A stretch of DNA of 10,811 bases. It comes from Vitrella brassicaformis CCMP3155. Its lineage: Eukaryota > Protista > Chromerida. Within the stretch, counting starts at the first letter, position 1. Each line of letters begins with the position of its first letter. The notes under the pieces were generated by a model that was given only the letters and a program-made list of their open reading frames with translations, ran no database searches and was not told the DNA's origin. The position numbers were made by a program, and so were the translations under genes. The stretch is from the NCBI GenBank assembly GCA_001179505.1, contig CDMY01000914.1:1-10811 (forward strand), written 5' to 3'. Shown here piece by piece: positions 1-8,600 of the stretch.

Positions 1-393
1 CCCCCCGCCGCCCCTCTCGGTGACGAAGCGGACGGCCGCCCGGACCTTGCCCTCGAGCATGAGCTTGTTGAAGATGCGATAGACCGACGCGTCGTCCAGC
101 TGAGGCTGAGTGGTGGGGAACTGCTGGTCCAGTCGCTCCGCCTCGCACACGAGCTCCTCCACCTGCCCCTTCTGCCACATCTCCAGCCGCCTCCAGAGCA
201 TCCGCTTGACATCGCGCTTCCTCTTGACATCCGGATCTCGCTGGATGAGTGTGCGGACGAAGACGCCAGCCCGCTCGGACGGTGCCTCGAGCTTGGAGAT
301 CTTCTCCACCTCATCAGCGATGGCATCGGCGATGGCGCGGCCAAGGTTGCCAAGCTTGCTGAGATCCTTCACGCACCGCGGGGCTGTCTTCCT
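1..393 (-). mobile_element. Non-LTR retrotransposon ORF fragment, CRE-clade-like; region just N-terminal of the RT domain, apparently 5'-truncated, continues beyond the left edge
   Basis: Hand translation gives a stop-free minus frame from 393 to 1: RKTAPRCVKDLSKLGNLGRAIADAIADEVEKISKLEAPSERAGVFVRTLIQRDPDVKRKRDVKRMLWRRLEMWQKGQVEELVCEAERLDQQFPTTQPQLDDASVYRIFNKLMLEGKVRAAVRFVTERGGGG. The blocks PSER..F...QRD, RRLEMWQKGQVEEL and FNKLMLEGKVRAAVRFVTER-GGG match, from memory, the pre-RT region of CRE-type (RT plus restriction-like endonuclease) LINEs. An in-frame TGA lies at 394-396 and the first in-frame Met is internal (199-201). The RT core itself is not in the window. Confidence 0.72.
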
Positions 394-878
394 TCATTGG
401 TGTTTGTAGTTGGGACATTCGATCATTCATTGTACGTACGTCTTCATCTATGATGATCTCTCTCACATGGGCCTTGGGAGAGACCGACACGGAAAACGTC
501 AAGAAAACGTTGGAATGCAATCAGTCTTTGCCTCTCAATCACTCTCCCGTCTATCAGATCGGTCTCCATCCCCTCTGATGGGAAAGGAAGCGATCCGTGG
601 AGCTAAGCTCGCCATTTGTCTGATCCATCCCCGGCGTCCGCGTGGCCCAATCACTGCTGTCCAACGCCGCCCTTGTGTTGGCTTTCGTTCACGCCTGCAC
701 CGCCGATCTGCCTTCGTGGTATGGTATGCATCCATGCGCATGTGTTGATCTGGACCACCACCATCTAATGGTCTGACAGCGAATACAGCCTCATCAGAAA
801 CTCATGGCTCAGCTCGCGAAGGGGAGGAGAGCGAATGCGGGGCCATCTATGTGAGTTTCCTCGCATGGACGGTGCGGT

Positions 879-1715
879 ATGGTTGCGTTTGTCCACTTGT
901 CGGCGATGCTTATGAGCCTGACTGTCTATGTGGATGGCAGGCACGTGGAAAAGCCGGTTAGTCAGTCAGCAGAAATAATTGAGACACCTTCGCACATGCA
1001 GAAGATATCATGTGCGTGTTGGTGTGTGTGGGCCGGCAGGTGCCATCTGCCGCCTTCGTCCACCTCACTCGAAGCACTGCCATCCCGTTCGTCGGTCCCA
1101 CCACCACCGCCACTGCCAGACGTCATCTGCTGAGGCTGCAGACGACATCGAGCCAGCCCTCTCTTCAGGCTGCCGAGTCCAATGCGGCCGATGATGCGGA
1201 AAAGGTCAGTGTATTCGTCGGGATTAAAATCAACGGGGAAAGGAAGCATAAGATCTTCTTCTACAAGCCGAGCGGCGACGATTTGGTCGCTGACCTCATT
1301 GAGCCGACGCGGAAGCACTTTCGTGTCGACACGGAGTTCGACCACTACAAGCTCACCAAGACCGACGGCTCGGCGGTGGACCTGGACGCCACTGTGAGGG
1401 ACACGCTGGCAGAAGGCGTCGGCACCGGTGCCGCCCCCATCATCTTCAAATTCACCAAGCCACCTCCAACACCAGCACCAACACCACCACCAAGTGAGCC
1501 AGTGAGGCAGGGAGGCAGAGAGGCAGGTAGAGAGAGGCCTCAGGCAGTGAGTACGTCCACATGGCTGGATGCCCTGGATGGATGGAATCGCATCTTGTGT
1601 ATTTTCCTTTGTGTGTCTGCGTATGTACGAAGCTCGGCGTGATCTCAGCGAGGAGGAAGATCTAAGACTGCGCATGATGAGGCTCATGCCTGGCCCCTGG
1701 GCCTTTCTCTTCTGA
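879..1715 (+). CDS. Spliced orphan gene: signal peptide, transit-peptide-like region, predicted ubiquitin-like/beta-grasp domain, Pro-rich linker; 3' end uncertain
   Basis: Exon 879..956 (MVAFVHLSAMLMSLTVYVDGRHVEKP) joins in phase 0 across an 83-bp GTTAGT..CAG intron (957..1039) to an exon from 1040 (VPSAAFVHLTRSTAIPFVGPTTTATARRHLLRLQTTSSQPSLQAAESNAADDAEKVSVFVGIKINGERKHKIFFYK...PIIFKFTKPPPTPAPTPPP), with coding-like C/G-ending codons. Model A: join(879..956,1040..1493,1633..1715), 204 aa. Model B: join(879..956,1040..1546,1649..2068), 334 aa. The ORF-track start at 1010 lies in the intron. Confidence 0.6.
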
Positions 1716-2068
1716 TCTCTTCTGATGCCCCCCTGGTGACTCTCTGGTGTGAATGGCCGGCACGGAGGCTATGCGTCGCACGAACCAGTTCCACGCCAGC
1801 CGCTATCATCTTCCAGCTTATGTTTGGCGTCTTTGTCAAGATACCAATGGTCTGGTTCATCGACAAGCAGACGGACTTCATTATCCCTTTCTCACATCAG
1901 CCCGGGGGGCCTCGTTTGGATGGAGGCCATATCGGCTTTATGGGTTTCGTTCCTGCTGAATGTGATCTGTTTGCCTGGGTGATGTGGGAGGAATGGCCGA
2001 AGAAAGAAGGACCACACCAACCAAAGCGAAGAAAACTCGAGAGAGTGTATAGGGAAGAGAAGAGCTGA
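1649..2068 (+). CDS. Possible terminal exon of the orphan gene (model B), hydrophobic and aromatic-rich, no recognised family
   Basis: The frame is open from 1643 to TGA 2066-2068 (…PAAIIFQLMFGVFVKIPMVWFIDKQTDFIIPFSHQ…GHIGFMGFVPAECDLFAWVMWEEWPKK…) with runs of C/G-ending codons (gtc tgg ttc atc gac aag cag acg gac ttc). It can be joined in phase 0 by donor GTGAGT at 1547 and acceptor CTCAG ending at 1648. Confidence 0.35.
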   Translation, partial: RGGRSKTAHDEAHAWPLGLSLLISSDAPLVTLWCEWPARRLCVARTSSTPAAIIFQLMFGVFVKIPMVWFIDKQTDFIIPFSHQPGGPRLDGGHIGFMGFVPAECDLFAWVMWEEWPKKEGPHQPKRRKLERVYREEKS

Positions 2069-2072
2069 GCGG

Positions 2073-2140
2073 CAAAGAGAGAGACAGAGAGAGAGAGGGA
2101 GGGAGGGAGGGAGGGAGGGAGAGTGGGAGAGAGGTAGGGA
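2073..2140. repeat. Polypurine microsatellite tract: (GA)n plus (GGGA)6 at 2097-2120
   Basis: Read directly: gagagagacagagagagagagggagggagggagggagggagggagagtgggagagagg. Confidence 0.9.
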
Positions 2141-2604
2141 GGGCTCGCCGACGAGAAGAGGAAGTTGTGTGTCTCTGTGTGCATGCCCCAACTGATATGG
2201 TCGCTGGGTGCTCATTTGCAGTGAGGAAGCCTTAGGGAAGATCTATTCATGTAGGTGTGGCGACCGTCATATGCATGCTCGTGCGAAGGAGGTGGATGAA
2301 GAGTGTTCTTTGAGCCAGACAGACAGGTGGGCACACAGGCAACAACACATGAAAGCCCAGTTGTTTTGGTTGGACACGCAGAACCCCGAGTGTCCCTCCC
2401 CTGTCCCTTCCCTCTCCTTCTCACATGCAAAGCAAGGGCCGGCCGTGTCATACACACGTCCAGAGAGCGACAGAAGATCCCGGGACCGGGGAAACACACA
2501 AAATAGAGCAGTATGGAGCGACAACACAGCAACACAAAAGAAAGAGGACAGCCAGCCCTGGATAGGTGGTGGGTGCATGCCTGTCTGTCTGTATGTATGT
2601 GTGT

Positions 2605-5600
2605 CTATGAGTCGAGTTGCGTGAGCAGGGCCACTCCCCTCTTGACCCAGTGGCCCTGCTCCTTGTCTGACGGCAGCTTGATCCACATGACGAAGTTGGT
2701 CGAGTGACCCGTCGTCGACAGCACACCACGCCGCGCGGACGTCTTGTACAGAGGACAGCTGCAAACAGAGAGAGACAGACAGACAGACAGACATTGTCAC
2801 TCACTCAGCGTGTGAGCGTCCGTTTGTTCCCTGACTGATGTACTTATAGTGCGGCACTGGTTCGATCTTGGCCGCCTCCGCTGGCTTGAGCCACACGGTC
2901 GGGCACGGCACAAACAACACCTTGGGATCAGACTCACCCAATGTACTGCACGCGCGAGAGAGAGCATCATACACACATATCAGCAGTCGTCGTGTGCCTT
3001 CGGTCGTTGTTGTTGGTTACCCTTTGTCATAGTCCCACTTGGCCCCCTCGATGAACAGCCCAGCGACATAGGCCCCCGACTCGGCCGCCTCGGTCGGCGT
3101 CTCGTTGGGGATAGCAAAATCAAAATCAACCAAATCCACAGCTATCTTGTGCTTGCGGGCGAAATTCTGCACACACACACAGACAGACAGACAACACAGA
3201 CAGTAAGTGTCTCAGGGGGGGTCACAGCCCAGCCTATTTACCTGTGTGACACCAGTCAAGAATGATTGGGTGAAGTAAAAGCCCGATAGCCAAAAGACTG
3301 GCGGGGCGCCGCTGTCGACCCACGATTGGAAGAACTTGAGCCGCTCGACTAGGTCGTTGACGTAGGAGCCGAGCGGCTTGAGTGAGGGGTATGATTTGGC
3401 CGCCCACATGTCGGGTATCTTGCCGTCGACAATCGACTTGAAGGCGGCCTCCAGCTGGGGCGACAGGACGGCCAGGCCCTTGATGGCCTTCTGCATGTCC
3501 TTGAGGGACGACCGGATGACGTCGATCAGCTTGTTGTAGCGCGTCAGCTCCTGGCACAAGACCGTGTTCATCGACTCCTCATAAAGGACCGGATACCTGC
3601 ACACGTGAGACATACACGACAGACGCCGTGTCGCTTTGGCTGCATTTCTTCCACCTTCTTTGCACTGCAGCAACGTCCCACGATTTGGGCACTCTGTTGA
3701 GAATGTCGGCAGCCACGTCGCTCACGATCTCTTCAGGGCTCTTGCCTGCAGCAGCCGACCCCCCCGACTCGGTCATGAGCAAGGCATCCACCAAGGCATA
3801 TGTCTCATTCTGCTCCTTGGTGATGTTGGCATTGGCGTGGAACCCGAATATCTCGGGCTCTGTGATAGGGGGCAGCGTCTTGATGTACTCGAGGTAGGCC
3901 TCGTGATCAGTCGCCTGAATGGGGTGGTACTCGGCTGAGCCGAAGTTGAACTCCTCCTCGAAGATGGTGGGGCTGTAGTAGTCGTTCATGAGTGTCATCA
4001 GGAGGCGCCGGTCTTTGTCGTCGGTCACACGGCCGCCATAGTTGCACTCACCGGTGAGGTAGCGGAGGGCCTTGAAGGGCGTCTCGTCCGGGTACTCGTC
4101 GAGGAACATCTGCAGCTGCCGCACTGAGATGCGCATGTCGCTCTCGTTGAACTCGTATGAGATGTTCCATCCCAGAGGACCGAAGTTCCTACGCTCCTGT
4201 GCACATGACATGTATGGGATCAGTGAGTGCATGTGTCGTGGGGGAATCATGATCAGCGTACCTGAATGACAGCGTGGAAGAAACAGAGGGAGAATAGCAG
4301 CCTCTTGAACTCAGGATCCTTCGTGCAAGCCTGGTGAGGAGACACAGCACAGCACAGCACAGCACAGCACAGCATGGCACAGGGGCATGACAGGCAGGCT
4401 TTGCGTGCTAGTGGGGGGGGCTTGCATTGAAGAAGTCTGGGTCTGAGATGGGGTCAGTGAGGTAGCTGCCGGTCAGGTTGGCGCGCAGTCCCTTGGGCGG
4501 CTCGTTGGTCATCTTGACGCCGTTCTGCAGAATCGCCACGGGGAACTTATCACTCGGATAACTCGTCAGCCATAATCTAAGAGACACGCACAGCAATGAT
4601 TCGAACCTCACTCCCGTCTAGTGTGGCTGATTGCCGCGGGCCTACCTGAACTCCCTGTGGATTTTGTCAGGGTTCATCTGCTCGCAAATCCTCTCGAGTG
4701 TGGGCATCCAGCTGACAGCCAGGTGGCAGTTCTGCAGCACCACCCACCCGCCTGACTGAGTGGCCTGGTCGATCAGCGCTCTCGCGCGCGGACCCTGACC
4801 CTGGCCTGCATTGCAGGCAGCAGAAGGACCATGTGCCAGTATGTGGATTCTCTCGATCGATTATCTGCTGCCTCACTCACCGAGGGACACTTGTGCGACC
4901 TCCTTCTCTCGCGATTCCGCAAACTTGGCGACAGCGGCGAATGGGTCGCTGCCTGGCGAGAGGATGAATATGAGGGGCGACGTGTTGGATGAGTCCGCGT
5001 AGGAGCCCGGGAGATCAAAAGGCGGCGGAGTGACGAATTCCTCGCTCATGTTGTCCCCGACGAACTCCATGATGGCTGGGATGAGTTTGTCGGGCCGGAT
5101 GCACCGCACCACCAGCAGCTTCTGGAAGCCATCGAGCAGGGCGCACGAGTCGGGGAAGGCCTCGCCGTAAGGTGCGTGTGAGTCGTACAGCCGCCGCCAG
5201 TTGCCCTCCTCGAGACTGAAGTTGGACGCAACGCCAGAGAATCCGCTCATCGCCTCTGACAAAACACACACGCAACGCGTCCAATCTCACTTCTCCATGC
5301 CAACCAGACAGTAAGTACCGAGCCGATTGAGCTCTGTCCAGGCGCGATCGGGCAGCCAGTCGGCTGGTTTGGTCGGCACGTCCTCCAACCCGACCCCGCC
5401 GGTGAGAAGGAAGCGGTACTCGACGGGTCCCATTTTCTCCTCCGACTGCAGGATCCTCGCACACAGCAGGAAGGAGAACAGCAGCTTGTGCTTCTCGAAC
5501 AACGACCGGCAGATGTTCCTGCACACAAAGGAAGGCAACAGAGACATCATAATGGCGTCAATCAACCAACCAGAGATCACGATATGATGAAGGACCTGTA

Positions 5601-8600
5601 GAGTGTGAGTGTGAAGAATTCGTTGAGGTGTCTCAGCCTCGTCTCGTGGTCCTCCGACTGGGGGGCCTTGGCAATGCACGCTATGAAGAGGTTGACGAAG
5701 AACGGCAGGCTATACTGATACATGGGGTCGATCGCAGCCAGGTCAGCGATGCAGAAGAACAGCGTCGACGCTCTGAAGGCCACAGGGACATACCCTAGGC
5801 GGGCCTCATCGATGCGCTCTTCGGTCTCCTCGGCGATCTTCTGCTTCTCGGCAATCTCGTTGGACAGCTGCTTGGCGGCAGACAGCACCTGGATGGCTGT
5901 CTCGTCGTCGAGGATGTTGCCCTGAGATGCCGACAGGACGTGCAGGATCTTGTCCTCGATCTCCTTGAGCTGCTTCTTGTTCTCCGCGCCCTCCACAATC
6001 AGACGCGCCTTTTCTTCCTCGAGGTCAGGCTTCTCTTTAGCCACCACGATGCCCAGCAGCTGGTCCTGCAGGCCGGCTTGTGTGATCATGAAGTTGAGGA
6101 GCGTCACCTTGACGGCCACCTCAGGCAGGTAGTGGGGATTCCGCAGCTTGGTGGTCAGGTAAAAGCGGAAGTTCTCCGAGTACTCGATGGTGGCGTCACC
6201 GAGCTTAATCATGAGAGTGCCAGCCTTCTTGAACGTCTGCTTGAGCAGCACTGGCTCCAACGCGGGATCGAGCTCCTCACTGCAACACACACATACGATG
6301 GATGACGCAGCTTGTTCTACACATGGAGACATGTACACATACGCGATGTTTTCGATGAGCACAGGGGTTCCGAACTGGATGCTGCCCTCCAGTCGGCGGA
6401 GATAGTCGCTGTCCGATAGCTTGGCGACCACGAGCTTGTTGGGTTGCTCCATTTTCTTGATCCACTTGTTGGCCTGCCCCTGCAAAAGCAACCAGCATTC
6501 ATCATTCTTCAGTCTTTTCTCTCACATATAAAATGCTGTCTCCTCCACTGTCTTGCCTGTGGGTCGATGCAGAGGGGCCATCTTCTGGACTTGTCCATGA
6601 TGATTCCGTTCTCAATCGAGAAATTGTCGTTGGGTAGCCCGCGCATCGTCCACGCGCGGATCTTGACCGGCTCGCCGAGGCAGTTGGTGAGGCTGAAGGT
6701 GGCCGTGCCGGGGATGTCGAGGTCTTTGCACGTCTTCACCCACTCAGCGATGCCGTCGTTGCGGAAGCCTGGAGTGAAGGCGCCCAGGTATGCAATGATG
6801 CCTGAGGCTATCATGATGTCGCCCGTCAGGTTGGTGTATGCGATCGTCAGACTCTCCGCCTTTTCCGTCCACCGCGCCTTCTCGCCGCCCAGAGACTCGA
6901 TCAGCTGCTCAGCTCGAATGAGCTTCGCCTTGCAATCCTCCACCTGCATACAGAGGCACAATAGACACCCGTCTGTCGTGTATGGTATAATATGTTGTAC
7001 GCTTACTTGTGCCTCGAGGGTGTTCTTCTCGTCTTCCTTGTTCTTGAGTTCCGCGTTGAGGCCCGCGAGTTTGTCCTCGACCTCCTTGAGCTGTGCGCGC
7101 TTGATGTTGAGCCCCTCCATGACCTTGCTGTACTCCGCCTCGGCGATCTTGAGTGCCTCCTTCTTGGGCGCCACCACCTTGGCCACTCGATCGTAGGTCT
7201 CCATGGCCCGCACCCAGCAGCAGAGGCCGTACGCCGCCTTGGAGACCTTCTTGACCTTCTCGGGCTCAAAGTCCTCCTCCTGCACGTACTTGGCGATCTT
7301 CTTGATCACATCGGCCGGGATATTGTCCTTGTCGTAGTCCATGAGCGACTTGAGGAAGCCTGTGTCGGCCACCATCTTCTGCGAAGGGCCCCAGAAGTCG
7401 TTGATCATGGCCGAGCCACCTGCGGGGTCCTTGATGCGCTGTGGCTTGACGCCCTTGAGCACACACACCGCCTCCAACACAATCTTGACTGGGCCGGGCG
7501 GAGACTGACATTCGGAGCGAAAGAGAATGATCATTGACTTGGACCGACAGGTAGACAAGAAGAGCTTTGTACCTTCATGGCTTTGATTTCTGCAATGTCT
7601 CCTGATGTGAGGGTGTTGAGGGCCTTGATGGCAGACTCAAGGGCTGGCATCGCCACAGCGAGCTCTTGCTCGCACTCCTGCAGACAGCAAACGAGGGACC
7701 CATCACCAAAGCGACAGCTGTATTGCATATCTGCGGCTGACTGACCGTTTTGATGGAGTTTGCCTTCTCTGCTGCCTCTGAGGCGATGGCCTCCTCACCG
7801 GCCACCACTTCCTTGATCTCTGCTGTCTTGTCCGTCTCGGCAGCCACGACCTTCATCATCTCAGCTGTCTCTTGGCCCTGCTCGATGCACATATACGACA
7901 AACAAGACGGTCTCTCCTCCCATTTATGTCGCTTCATGAATGGCTCTCTGTCTATCTACCTACCTTTGTTTCGAGGATGGGCTGCAGGTCAGTGAGCTCT
8001 CTCTGCATGCCCTCCACACTGTTCTCGGTCGTCTTGAGCTTGTCCAACCCCACTTCGTAGCGCGACTTCATCGCCGAGACTTGCTCCCGCTGCTCAGCCA
8101 ATAGCGTCTTGAAGGTGGTGATCAGCTCGAGGTAAGATGTGGGCGTGACATAATAGTAGCGCTTGAGCTCCGCGAGGAACCGGTCGGCCATGCCGCGGGC
8201 GCCCGAGTGAAGGACCTGGCACATACTCACGCAGCCCTTACGCACATCCTCCTCCATGTCGACAGAACTGCAGACAGAGACGCCGACACATGCAAGGCGG
8301 TTTGTATGCCTGTTCCTCCATACCTGAGGAATCGCTCAGCGACGGAGGAGAGGGCGTCATCGGGCCACTTGGAGAACCAGTTGATGGTGCAGCAGTTGAC
8401 CAGTGAGGGGAACTGCCGCACGCGAGTACGGAATGCGTCCCCGATGGGCGAGAAGCACAAGACGACATGCAGCAGCCGCTTGCACCGGTCGACAAAGAAG
8501 TTGTACAGCTGCTGGGGCGTCCCCTCCGGGGCCTTGCCCTCCTGACGCGCCGCCGCTCGCACCATCTCGCATATCTGAGACTTCTCGTCAGGCGCATACA

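Noticed and set aside
110-409. Plus-strand 99-aa ORF
   Set aside because: Ser-rich antisense shadow of the retroelement ORF on the minus strand.
400-800. Possible ncRNA or spliced-leader target beside the retroelement: short stems (ccatc..gatgg, ccaac..gttgg, gagaccga/tcggtctc), a GAAAACGT direct repeat, and GCCATTT at 611-617 resembling part of the dinoflagellate SL
   Set aside because: Matches are only 5-8 bp, with no cloverleaf, Sm site or full SL sequence. The short ORFs here lack coding bias. Treated as intergenic or promoter DNA.
962-1687. Minus-strand 241-aa ORF
   Set aside because: Antisense shadow of the plus-strand gene; it runs through intronic microsatellite sequence (WWWCWCWC).
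1892-2624. Several ORFs on both strands in the intergenic or UTR region
   Set aside because: Low-complexity translations of (GA)n, (GGGA)n and (GTCT)n repeats with no consistent exon structure.
2267-2800. Minus-strand 177-aa ORF overlapping the dynein end
   Set aside because: Wrong frame; the true last exon (2605..2758) is in another frame and gives the canonical CPLYKT..TTGHSTN end.
2073-4372. Repeat tracts as a CRISPR array or satellite
   Set aside because: They are 2-5 bp microsatellites with no repeat-spacer structure, in a eukaryotic intron or UTR context.
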